This document shows, one piece after another, positions 9,619 to 18,750 of a stretch of 64,000 bases of DNA (its first letter is position 1; each line of letters starts with the position of its first letter). The stretch spans positions 96,001 to 160,000 of IMG/VR virus record IMGVR_UViG_3300047378_000694; one strand, 5' to 3'. A model generated the notes under the pieces. That model had not been told where the DNA came from. It searched no databases and worked only from the letters and a program-made list of their open reading frames with translations. A program made the position numbers and the translations under genes. Source of the DNA: a virus.

Positions 9619-10697
9619 AATATTTCCTTAAATGTTAAATTGTTGTCCTTGAGCCAATTATCAAAGTGTTCTTTTTCAGTAAAAACATTTTCTTTGTAAT
9701 TTTCGTGCCAATGGCTATTTTGTGTTGTTGAAAGTAAATGCAATAATTCTTCATCAAACACGTTAGGCGTTTTTAGATACTTACTACAAATTAAATTAAA
9801 GTTATGTTCAATTGCAGGTTTGCATTTTTCTAACAGATTGTTATAATCACTGTCTTTGTGTTTTGCAACTTGCTGAAACATTGCTTCACAACGTTCTTGA
9901 TCATCTTCAATTGTATCAAAACTATAATCAAAAATTTCATCAAACAATTGAAATCCAAGTTCTCGTAATGCAGTATGAAAATTTGGTACACCATATATAA
10001 TAAAAGGACGTTTGTGTATGATTGGCGTATATGTTTTTTCGGTAGTAAATATACATTCAAGATTGCTTTCGCATACTATACTTAACAGACTGCTTTTATA
10101 ATGCGGTGGTGGAACAAATATATCTCCGCTAAATGTTGTTTTCCAGTCTAACATCCTTTGTTTTTTTGGATTTGGAAAATGTTCAAATTTATAATCTTTG
10201 CTAACTTCATATGCGTTCCAAGATACATGTCCATAATCTTGTAATTTAGACTTGTACATAGTGTCAATAAACATACACCTGTGTGGATGCCCTTTACCGT
10301 TTGTTGATACAAATAGTTTATTAATTGTTTCGTGTGTGGCCAAAGGAAGTTTGTGTTGTATTAGTCGACTAATACAGATATTTGCAAAGAAATGCATCAA
10401 GGGTGTTTGTCTTGCATCATTAATATAATAACGATTATTTAAACTGCCTTTGTATGCCGGAGATATTAAGTGTACTTTAACATCAACCGAAGATGCATAT
10501 TTAGAAAACTTCTTCCATGTTTTTGCACTATCAAAAATATAAACTGCTTCGTATTCTTCAAACGATGCAATAATAACTTGTTTGCAATTTGGATGTGCCA
10601 TAGTACGCTTTAAATCTTGAAACATTTTCTCGCTTGTGGCGTGTTTCCACACAAACCACCAAACTGTGCCATTGTTATCTATTGGAAACGGAATCAT
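9615..10697 (-). CDS. 'EKT' family protein, putative GT-B/GT10-like glycosyltransferase (paralogue 3)
   Basis: STNGKGHPHR...SIVCES...FTTEKTYTPI...PFIIYG...LRELGFQLF...DYSFD. Confidence 0.5.
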   Translation of the reverse strand: MIPFPIDNNGTVWWFVWKHATSEKMFQDLKRTMAHPNCKQVIIASFEEYEAVYIFDSAKTWKKFSKYASSVDVKVHLISPAYKGSLNNRYYINDARQTPLMHFFANICISRLIQHKLPLATHETINKLFVSTNGKGHPHRCMFIDTMYKSKLQDYGHVSWNAYEVSKDYKFEHFPNPKKQRMLDWKTTFSGDIFVPPPHYKSSLLSIVCESNLECIFTTEKTYTPIIHKRPFIIYGVPNFHTALRELGFQLFDEIFDYSFDTIEDDQERCEAMFQQVAKHKDSDYNNLLEKCKPAIEHNFNLICSKYLKTPNVFDEELLHLLSTTQNSHWHENYKENVFTEKEHFDNWLKDNNLTFKEIL

Positions 10698-11422
10698 TGC
10701 ATAAACTCTCTTGGATTAAACGGATACCCTAACTCATCTAGTACTTCATAAATTTTTCTACCTTTGCGTAATTCGTTTACACAAGTGTTTTGTATATCGA
10801 TCCAATACTGTTCAGTTTTTCTATCTATTTCAATAGGCATTTGTTCTTTTACAATTTGTAGATGTGCAAGGATATCTGGATGTGGATCGTTGTGCAACCC
10901 TTCAAAACTAGGATCTCCTGTTTCTAAATTTTTGTATAGCATATCAATAGTAAAATCTTTAAAATGGTCAAGTAGTGGTAAACCGACAACTGCATCTTCA
11001 TAATGCTGATCAAATCCACACGCTTGGTACATAATCATATCCCCGTATGTTTTGTTTACATAATGCATTGCAGTAATATTTTTTAATGCATCGTGGCTTG
11101 GGCTATTAAATTCTCGCATAAACTTGCTCCATGTACTGCCGCCATTGCCACTAAACATATTTCCATGCTGTAAATAATTGCCGCCCATTAATCGATCTTC
11201 GCGATTCCAACTAGTCCACATTATAATAATTTTGTCTTCGGGTGTAAATTTATGCATCATATTAGCTTCAAGGATACGATAGCTTATACCAACATTACCA
11301 ATTCCAGCCATGCCATAATTATACACCTCGGTTTGATTTTCCAGTTGCTTTTGTATAATTTCAGGCCAGCAGGGCCATAGATAATGTGTAAAGCTACAAC
11401 CAAAAGTAAATAATCTACGCAT
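10694..11422 (-). CDS. SGNH/GDSL-like protein with GCS motif (paralogue 2)
   Basis: FTFGCSFT, NYGMAGIGN, WTSWNRED, NDPHP; close paralogue of 8803-9618 (both contain KFTPEDKII). Confidence 0.6.
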   Translation of the reverse strand: MRRLFTFGCSFTHYLWPCWPEIIQKQLENQTEVYNYGMAGIGNVGISYRILEANMMHKFTPEDKIIIMWTSWNREDRLMGGNYLQHGNMFSGNGGSTWSKFMREFNSPSHDALKNITAMHYVNKTYGDMIMYQACGFDQHYEDAVVGLPLLDHFKDFTIDMLYKNLETGDPSFEGLHNDPHPDILAHLQIVKEQMPIEIDRKTEQYWIDIQNTCVNELRKGRKIYEVLDELGYPFNPREFMQ

Positions 11423-11431
11423 ATAATTCCT

Positions 11432-11454
11432 TAAATACTGTATGAGTATTTATA
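11432..11454. promoter_or_regulatory. Palindromic bidirectional late promoter
   Basis: TAAATACT-gtatg-AGTATTTA; plus TAAATA-CTGT-ATG(11442); minus TATAAATA 11454-11447. Confidence 0.65.
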
Positions 11455-12446
11455 GCACCAATGAGTGGGATCCACTAAAGAAGGTTTGTGTCGGCGTTGC
11501 TGATTACTGCCGTATACCCGAAATGGACGAAAGTCTAAGAGTTATCAACTACGCTGATAGAAAAGATGTAAGCGATGTTGTTCCTGGATTGTATCCACAA
11601 CAAGTAGTTGACGAAAGCAACGAAGATCTTGAAACATTTGTAAAGTTTCTCGAAGGCGAAAGTGTTGAGGTTGTAAGGCCGCAGCGTACAGAGGATGTAA
11701 AGTATTACAACTACTGTCCAAGAGACACTGTGTTTGTACACGGCAAACGAGCATTAGCTGCGCCTATGGCACTTGAAGCAAGAGCCGAAGAATGGAAACA
11801 CTTGATGCCTGGAGTTGCACCGATTGAGGTAGGACATCGTACGGATCGTACTGGATTATATGACGAGTCGTGTGTAGGCGATCCTGACAAACTAGCACTA
11901 ACAGAAACTGCTCCGTGTTTTGATGCAGCAAATGCTATTCGTGCAAACGATGATATTATGTATTTGGTTAGTAATAGTGGAAACAAAGCAGGTGCTACAT
12001 ACTTGCAAGACTGGATGAATAAACCTGCTAGTAGTTTTGACGAACCTGGAAACTTCAAAGTACATACGCTAGAAGATGTGTATAGTTATATGCACATTGA
12101 CAGCACTATTGCTTTTTTACGTGAAGGGCTATTGCTTGCTAATCCGAGCCGTATCAAAAGCAAGGACGATCTCCCAGGACCGTTCAAAGACTGGGATATT
12201 ATCTGGGCACCAGACGCAGTAGACGCTGGACATTATCCAGGATTGTGCAATAGTAGTATTTGGACATGGAATGTAAACCTGTTTAGTGTCAATCCTAATT
12301 TAGTAGCACTTGAGGAACACCAAGAACCTACACGTAAAGCACTAGAAGCACATGGTATTGAATGTGCTATGCTACCACTACGTCATGCACGTACACTCGG
12401 CGGGTGTTTCCATTGTTGTACATTAGATTTAATTAGAGAAACATAA
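11442..12446 (+). CDS. Amidinotransferase (glycine / inosamine-phosphate amidinotransferase family, StrB1/AGAT-like)
   Basis: NEWDPLKKVCVG, NYCPRD, FDAAN, HIDST, C-terminal GGCFHCCTLD containing the catalytic Cys. Confidence 0.92.
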   Translation: MSIYSTNEWDPLKKVCVGVADYCRIPEMDESLRVINYADRKDVSDVVPGLYPQQVVDESNEDLETFVKFLEGESVEVVRPQRTEDVKYYNYCPRDTVFVHGKRALAAPMALEARAEEWKHLMPGVAPIEVGHRTDRTGLYDESCVGDPDKLALTETAPCFDAANAIRANDDIMYLVSNSGNKAGATYLQDWMNKPASSFDEPGNFKVHTLEDVYSYMHIDSTIAFLREGLLLANPSRIKSKDDLPGPFKDWDIIWAPDAVDAGHYPGLCNSSIWTWNVNLFSVNPNLVALEEHQEPTRKALEAHGIECAMLPLRHARTLGGCFHCCTLDLIRET

Positions 12447-13205
12447 AGTTTGTAAATACTTTTGTGTTTCGATATGAAAGTTAACCCCGTCATGTTCTCT
12501 GTCTCGGGCTTCGTGATTTCCAGTATTTGGAGAGATTTCGTGTATCTTAGTAAACAGCGGAATCTCGATAGGTTCCCAAGAAAAATTAATTACTGGTACT
12601 CCCAAACTTTCCCATACTAAATTAAATCCTTCGATCTGCTGGATAACAGATTTATCACGTTCACCATTATCAACAATATAGCGTCTTTCCCACCATCTTC
12701 CATCGTGCGTTTTAGTTTCACTCATGTCTGCTATTTCAATATCATCTTGCTTTGTAAAACCAAACATTTTCCTGCCAATTTGTGGCCATTGACAGACTAC
12801 TAGCTTAGGCTTTGGTAAATTATTTCTTTTCCATAACAATGCATTTATATACTGCGCTTCAGGGCTAGTTGATTGTTTAGCACAATTATACAAATCTAAT
12901 TTTAAATTTGTTGCAAGCATACTTGCCCATATATCCTCTACATTTAACCCTACGCCCTCAGTATAACTACAACCGAATGTTAGTAAAAAATCTTTATCAA
13001 GACTTTCTATTTCTTTTGTGCGATGACCAAGACTGTTAAACTTATATTCAATAGTTTCTGTGTGATATTGCCAGTCTTTGTTTTTTAATTTTTTACAATT
13101 AAATTTAAATGTTTTTTGATCGTCGCTAGAATAAAAATTTACTGTTTGATTTACAAAAGGTCTATCAACTAACAAATTATAGTTTTTATTAAAACACAGG
13201 TTCAT
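12429..13205 (-). CDS. SGNH/GDSL-like protein with GCS motif (paralogue 3)
   Basis: YKFNSLGHR, LTFGCSYTEGVG, YNCAK, C-terminal ARDREHDG; AGGAG RBS. Confidence 0.55.
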   Translation of the reverse strand: MNLCFNKNYNLLVDRPFVNQTVNFYSSDDQKTFKFNCKKLKNKDWQYHTETIEYKFNSLGHRTKEIESLDKDFLLTFGCSYTEGVGLNVEDIWASMLATNLKLDLYNCAKQSTSPEAQYINALLWKRNNLPKPKLVVCQWPQIGRKMFGFTKQDDIEIADMSETKTHDGRWWERRYIVDNGERDKSVIQQIEGFNLVWESLGVPVINFSWEPIEIPLFTKIHEISPNTGNHEARDREHDGVNFHIETQKYLQTLCFSN

Positions 13206-13220
13206 TTTAAAATCTCCTAC

Positions 13221-13238
13221 TAAATATATACGTACTTA
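13221..13238. promoter_or_regulatory. Overlapping divergent late-promoter motifs
   Basis: Plus TAAATA 13221-13226; minus TAAGTA 13238-13233, between divergent ORFs 13205(-) and 13259(+). Confidence 0.5.
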
Positions 13239-13258
13239 ACGAAAATTGGAGTAGTATT

Positions 13259-14608
13259 TTGCATAACTGGTTTAACTGTCTTTATTTCTTACCTCGAAAT
13301 AAATCTAAGCCCGAACTAATTCGAAATGATGGTAACACAACACCATTAACACAGATTGGTAAAATTGAAGGATTAATGGATTTAACTAATGAAAGTTTTA
13401 TTGGAAAATTTACCGAGCCTACTATAATCTACAATGGCACACATAATATTCCAAATTTAGATAAACTTTTTATATCAGATAAGCATACTCAAATTCTAAA
13501 AACCCAAACTATACATTTTTTCTTTTTTGAAGTGTTAACACACTATATTCCAAACAAGCATGGCAGACTTGAACCTCATATTTTAAAAATAGATAACGAA
13601 CCTGAAAAAATGTCACAAATTCGTTGTTATGAATTAGATACGCTAAATGCATGGGCAAAACAACACGATATAGATCTTGTTGTATATTGTACAGATCATA
13701 AAAGTTGGGAGTACTATCAAGATATCTATCCAAATATTACACTACGTTCTCTAGACTTATTTGTAAGTTGGTTTAGCCAACGATTTAATATGCAAGAAGA
13801 ATATAACCGAGCCGGAATGATACCCGGTGATGTATATCCTATTATTCAACACAAGAAAGTTATTAAGAAGTTTTTTAGTGCAGCATGGCGATACGATCCT
13901 ACTAGACATTTTATCAATGCATTTTTAGCAAAAGAAGGAATTACCCAATCGAACGAAGTTAGTTTTTATCATAAAGTTAGCAATGACGATATGATAGCAA
14001 ATATGTGGTTTGACTGGAAAAAATTTGAAAAAAGACATCCGCAAATGGCAAGTGATTTGATTGAAGGTAATGAAATATTACAAACACAAGTTCCGTTGAG
14101 TTTTGAAACAAAAAATCCAATGGCTTGTGATATAACACAATCTGATCCTGATTATAATACACCTGGGCAATATAATAGACGACGAACACAAGATCCCAAC
14201 AGGACATATTCGCGGTGTTTTGTTGCTATTATTAATGAAACAAGAGTAACACAACCATGGCCAAATATTAGTGAAAAAACAATGAATCCAATAAAGGCAT
14301 TTCGACCAATGATTCATGTTGCTGCGCCAGGTACATTAAAATATTTGCAAACTATGGGCTTTAAAACATTTGATGATTTTTATCCCGAAGACTACGACAA
14401 CATCAAATGCACCAGTGACAGATTAGTTTCTATATGCGATACAATTAAGTATGTAAATAGCTTTGATATTAAAGATTTGCGTAAAATGTATGTTAAATTA
14501 ATACCACGAGTAATGCACAACTACGAAGTATTGCAGCACACTTATAAATGGTTTGACGAATACAACTTAAAACTCGATTCCCAAAGTTCATCTGCCCAAT
14601 ATGTATGA
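13259..14608 (+). CDS. 'EKT' family protein, putative GT-B/GT10-like glycosyltransferase (paralogue 4)
   Basis: TTG start with GGAG RBS; AIINET...ISEKTMNPI...LQTMGFKTF...EDYD. Confidence 0.5.
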   Translation: MHNWFNCLYFLPRNKSKPELIRNDGNTTPLTQIGKIEGLMDLTNESFIGKFTEPTIIYNGTHNIPNLDKLFISDKHTQILKTQTIHFFFFEVLTHYIPNKHGRLEPHILKIDNEPEKMSQIRCYELDTLNAWAKQHDIDLVVYCTDHKSWEYYQDIYPNITLRSLDLFVSWFSQRFNMQEEYNRAGMIPGDVYPIIQHKKVIKKFFSAAWRYDPTRHFINAFLAKEGITQSNEVSFYHKVSNDDMIANMWFDWKKFEKRHPQMASDLIEGNEILQTQVPLSFETKNPMACDITQSDPDYNTPGQYNRRRTQDPNRTYSRCFVAIINETRVTQPWPNISEKTMNPIKAFRPMIHVAAPGTLKYLQTMGFKTFDDFYPEDYDNIKCTSDRLVSICDTIKYVNSFDIKDLRKMYVKLIPRVMHNYEVLQHTYKWFDEYNLKLDSQSSSAQYV

Positions 14609-15300
14609 GCCGGTAATCGATGATGCCAATACATTTGTCCTTCAACACTATGCCCTTGTGCTAAACAATTTTCAAAAAAGCTATAGCTTTCATCATCCCA
14701 GTATAAGAAATTTTGTTTATCAATTTTACTAGCATAGTACTTGTATCTTTTTGTATTTGAACATGCTTGAAGACTATTTCTAAAAGTATAACTAAAATTA
14801 TTTGCTTTTAAAAAACTTTGTAACTCAATAATATTCATGTATCGATTAATCTGCCACTGCACCGGATTAATAAACAAATGATCACCTAGTATATCTAAAT
14901 TTTTGCGCCAAGCCTTGGGTGCCCAATCAGGATAATGCTGAGGATGCAAATGCAGTACTTTTTTATCTGGAGTATAAGGAATAAATTTATTTAAATTATA
15001 TCTGTTATTGTCCCAATTATCATAAAAATATTCAGTGCGTTCGGCACCAGTCCAGTTAATAAAAAAATGTGTATTTTTAGCACGTTCTGGATTATCAAGT
15101 ATCCAAAGCATAGTAGTACGTTTGATATAATCGTTACTTCCGCCAGGCATGGCAATATTAGTATATTCCCAATTTAACTTTTTAGCAATTTGTGCTGCAT
15201 AACAATTTTGTCTATTATAATTGCCTTCACCAACTCCGCTGCCTTCGATTTCGCTACCGGCGGTATGACTACATCCGTTTACAAGTAGATGACTATGCAT
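14542..15300 (-). CDS. SGNH/GDSL-like protein with GCS motif (paralogue 4)
   Basis: LVNGCSHTAG, NIAMPGGSN, INWTGAER, C-terminal WHHRLPAHTYWA. Confidence 0.55.
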   Translation of the reverse strand: MHSHLLVNGCSHTAGSEIEGSGVGEGNYNRQNCYAAQIAKKLNWEYTNIAMPGGSNDYIKRTTMLWILDNPERAKNTHFFINWTGAERTEYFYDNWDNNRYNLNKFIPYTPDKKVLHLHPQHYPDWAPKAWRKNLDILGDHLFINPVQWQINRYMNIIELQSFLKANNFSYTFRNSLQACSNTKRYKYYASKIDKQNFLYWDDESYSFFENCLAQGHSVEGQMYWHHRLPAHTYWADELWESSFKLYSSNHL

Positions 15301-16264
15301 TAATTGGTTCCTTTGGTATAATAATATCTGTGCCGCAATGACAGTGTTGTTTACTACATATAACAGGTTTCATGTCAAATGTCAAGTCTTTATCTAAAAT
15401 ATTTCCATGAGTGTTGCCAACGCCGCAACTTGCACTTGACATTTCTCCTCTTGGATTGATAAACAATGCATCGTCAACAGAGCATTTCCATCCTGTAAAG
15501 AAGTTCTGTCTATCAGCAATAATAGTGTTGCTGTTTGTTGGCACAATTGTTCCGTTATCATAATGGCTATTACTAATTGCTTTGTTTTGTCTATACGGCT
15601 TTGGTATAGATATTTTAGTTTCAAACTGAGCAGCTTCTAAAAATTTTACTTTATCAGGATCTTTGTATTGCCACGGACCAGCATTAACACTCATTTCGTC
15701 AAACAACGGTGTCCATTCTAAATTGTAATTAGGCACTTCGGCTTTTACACGTTTGCCAAATTCAACTACTTCCCAAAAGCGCTCTTCGTGCATCAACATC
15801 TTTGTGCATAGATAGTCAACTTTGTTGCATAAAAATTGTGCATTTTCAATATAACGATCTTTCTTACAAAATTCTACATGAAAACTAGCAACAATATCGT
15901 CAAACAAGTGACAATGCTTTTCCCAATATCTTACTGGACGTGATAAGTTTGTATTTACTGCTACTGTAAGATTGTCACCTAATTCGTCTTTTAAATATTC
16001 TGTAAGAGGAATAAAGTTTTCCCAGTGTGTAGGTTCGCCGCCGCTGTAAAATATCTTAAAGTATTTGTATCCTTTGTCTTGATACTGCTGAAATATGCCA
16101 CGTACATTTTTCATATATGTATCAAGATTACTGTTGTTACGATTTGATCCTGCCCAATTACCTGGATTGCAGTATGTACATTGAAAATTACAGAAGTTGT
16201 TTACTTGCCACGTTATTGTAGCATATGGTTCTGCCATTGGAGTAATTTTTGTTAAGTTAGACAT
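15293..16264 (-). CDS. Radical SAM protein with C-terminal Cys-rich (twitch/SPASM-like) domain
   Basis: CNFQCTYC, SGGEP, NTN, ASFH; FTGWKC...SCG...CSKQHCHCGTD. Confidence 0.9.
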   Translation of the reverse strand: MSNLTKITPMAEPYATITWQVNNFCNFQCTYCNPGNWAGSNRNNSNLDTYMKNVRGIFQQYQDKGYKYFKIFYSGGEPTHWENFIPLTEYLKDELGDNLTVAVNTNLSRPVRYWEKHCHLFDDIVASFHVEFCKKDRYIENAQFLCNKVDYLCTKMLMHEERFWEVVEFGKRVKAEVPNYNLEWTPLFDEMSVNAGPWQYKDPDKVKFLEAAQFETKISIPKPYRQNKAISNSHYDNGTIVPTNSNTIIADRQNFFTGWKCSVDDALFINPRGEMSSASCGVGNTHGNILDKDLTFDMKPVICSKQHCHCGTDIIIPKEPINA

Positions 16265-17540
16265 ATTTTCTTAACCACTCTAGTTCAGGAAACGTACTCC
16301 AAAAGTCTTCTTTACGATGCTGATCAAGTCCATGATTTTTGTCAAAGAACTGTTTTAATTTATCTTTGTTTAACTCGCCTGTGTTCATAAATTGTATCAC
16401 ACTATCAATTTTACCAAGTACATCTTTTACTACTGCTGGATTGTTTGCTATGCGATCTTTAATTTTGTCGTATGCCCATGCTTTATAGTCAATGTATTTA
16501 CTACGTAACTCAATCTTATAATCATTTGGAATATTATCTAAACGCATAAAATCTGGATCAGTTAACATGTTTAATCTACAATTTTCAATATCAACCAATC
16601 CACGTTCAACCCAATCCATATGGAAGTCGGGCCAGTTCCAAGCATTGTACATACTTATTGTTGGTGTTAGTTCAAAATGAATATTAGGCAAGTGTTCAAG
16701 CATTTCTTGTCTATTACGTTCAACAGTATCCCATACTGTGCCAAACCGCATAAACTCAGCTCTTGCACCCATTGCATCTAAACTTGCACTAACTTGAATA
16801 TCTGGAAACTCTTTCCAATAATCAATAATGCTTTTTTGTTTAAATCTTAGATTACTAAAATTAGTTGTATAACGTAGTCGCACATCAGTTTTACCAATAT
16901 CAATCCAATGATCTAATATTTTATAATGTTCGTCTGTAATAAGCGGCTCGCCGCCTGCCCAATATACTTCTTCAACATCTGGCAAGTATTGCTGTAGTTC
17001 GTTCCAAAAGTCTTTGTGCTTTGCTACATTAACAATATTACTGCCATTATTTTTAAGTATGTTAGCAACTTCATGTTTTCCATATAGCTCGCCATGTTCT
17101 TGTGCGTGTAGACTACTCAATTCAGGTCCACATGTTCTACACTTCATATTACATATGTTACTAAATCGTATATCCATATACGCCATACGCATTTCATCAA
17201 TGCTGCCATCTGCGTTTGTTTTTTCAACTAGATCAAAATGTTTATCGCCGAACCACTGATTATGATTTTTACGCAGTGTCCAGATGTAAGTACTATCTTC
17301 GAGTTCGTAGCAACGTCTGCAACAATCTAGTTTTTCACCATTAAGCATTGCTAAACGTAGTTCTTTGTATTTGTCACTATTCCAAACTTCTTTGATACTA
17401 TTTTCTTTAACATTGCCAAAAGGCTGATCGCTATCCGCAATACAGCAAGGCATTGCCCTGCCATCGGGCCAGGCGTGCATATGTATCCACGGAAGAATAC
17501 AAAATGCTTTGTTGCGTTTTAGTAAATTATCTTTATCCAT
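16257..17540 (-). CDS. Radical SAM protein with N-terminal SPASM/twitch-like domain
   Basis: CILPW...GRAMPCC...CRRC; CNMKCRTC; WAGGEP; YTTN; ASLD. Confidence 0.9.
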   Translation of the reverse strand: MDKDNLLKRNKAFCILPWIHMHAWPDGRAMPCCIADSDQPFGNVKENSIKEVWNSDKYKELRLAMLNGEKLDCCRRCYELEDSTYIWTLRKNHNQWFGDKHFDLVEKTNADGSIDEMRMAYMDIRFSNICNMKCRTCGPELSSLHAQEHGELYGKHEVANILKNNGSNIVNVAKHKDFWNELQQYLPDVEEVYWAGGEPLITDEHYKILDHWIDIGKTDVRLRYTTNFSNLRFKQKSIIDYWKEFPDIQVSASLDAMGARAEFMRFGTVWDTVERNRQEMLEHLPNIHFELTPTISMYNAWNWPDFHMDWVERGLVDIENCRLNMLTDPDFMRLDNIPNDYKIELRSKYIDYKAWAYDKIKDRIANNPAVVKDVLGKIDSVIQFMNTGELNKDKLKQFFDKNHGLDQHRKEDFWSTFPELEWLRKYV

Positions 17541-18750
17541 TTATCATTGATGCCAGTTCAGGAAATGTTTCTACAAAATTTTCATTTCGTATTTTATCTC
17601 TTCTTACAGTATTATGTATAAATTCTTTGCCGTTTTGTTCCCAGGTATGATCGCTATTGGCAAAATTCAATGCATTTTGTATATGCTGTGTACACCAAAA
17701 GTCATCCTTAATTTCATTAATAACTTTTAATAATCCAAGTGTGCCTTGTTCTTTTAATTCTAAAGGAAGATTTTGCGCACTGTAAAAACTAGGATTTAAC
17801 AAATGGTAAATGCTAATGTAATCGTGCTTACGTAATAAGTCTTTATCAATCATATATCTAAAAAAGTCACCAAGTGTAACATAATTTAAATTACTCAATA
17901 CGCAATTGAATTGGTAGTTGATAAAATCAACATCTCTAATTGTACGTAAATTATTTTCTACTGTAAACCAATGAGTACCGTTGCGAATATATTCGGCCTT
18001 TGGACCAAAGTGATCTAAACTAGCACTAACTTCAATTTCTTTAAAATTACTCCACATGTCAAGTATGTCGTATTTTTTGTATCTAAAGTTACTCATGTTT
18101 GTATTGTAGCGTAATGTAATATCTTTACAACTACCATTAGCAATCATTTCATTGAGTATTGTATAGTGTTCGTCTGTAATAAGTGGCTCGCCGCCAGCAA
18201 AGTATGCTAATTCAATATTAGGTATCTGTTCTAATACTTGATCTAATAATTTGCCACTACTATCTGCATGTTGTACAACTTTAAATCCTGGAGGGGGCGC
18301 ATCGTGTTCTTTGTGTTCTTGTCCCCACTTGCTACTAAATTCACTGCCACAGGTTCTACACTTAAAATTACAAATGTTACTAAAGCGTATATCGTAATAT
18401 GCCATTGTAAATTTATCTAAGCTGCCGTCTTGATTAGTATAGGGTACTAATTCTTCGTACTTGTCTGCAAATTTCTCAATACTATATTTTCTAAAACTGT
18501 AAGGAGAACTTTCTTCGTGTTTATAACAAAATGTACATGCTTCGTTTTTACGACCAGCTAACATATCGAGTCGCAACTGTTTCATCCGTTCAGTATTAAA
18601 TGCTTGTTCTAATGTTGTGTCTTTTACATTAGCAAAAGGTTCAACATAGTCGCTACTACAACACGGATATACATCTCCCTTGGGTGTTACATTTAAGTGT
18701 AGCCAAGGAAACATGCAAAACGTTCCATTTCCTAAATGTTCTTCCTTCAT
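17533..18750 (-). CDS. Radical SAM protein with N-terminal SPASM/twitch-like domain
   Basis: CMFPW...GDVYPCC...CTFC; CNFKCRTC; FAGGEP; ATG at 18750 overlaps upstream stop; closest paralogue of 16257-17540 (DIRFSNICN, AGGEPLITDEHY shared). Confidence 0.9.
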   Translation of the reverse strand: MKEEHLGNGTFCMFPWLHLNVTPKGDVYPCCSSDYVEPFANVKDTTLEQAFNTERMKQLRLDMLAGRKNEACTFCYKHEESSPYSFRKYSIEKFADKYEELVPYTNQDGSLDKFTMAYYDIRFSNICNFKCRTCGSEFSSKWGQEHKEHDAPPPGFKVVQHADSSGKLLDQVLEQIPNIELAYFAGGEPLITDEHYTILNEMIANGSCKDITLRYNTNMSNFRYKKYDILDMWSNFKEIEVSASLDHFGPKAEYIRNGTHWFTVENNLRTIRDVDFINYQFNCVLSNLNYVTLGDFFRYMIDKDLLRKHDYISIYHLLNPSFYSAQNLPLELKEQGTLGLLKVINEIKDDFWCTQHIQNALNFANSDHTWEQNGKEFIHNTVRRDKIRNENFVETFPELASMING

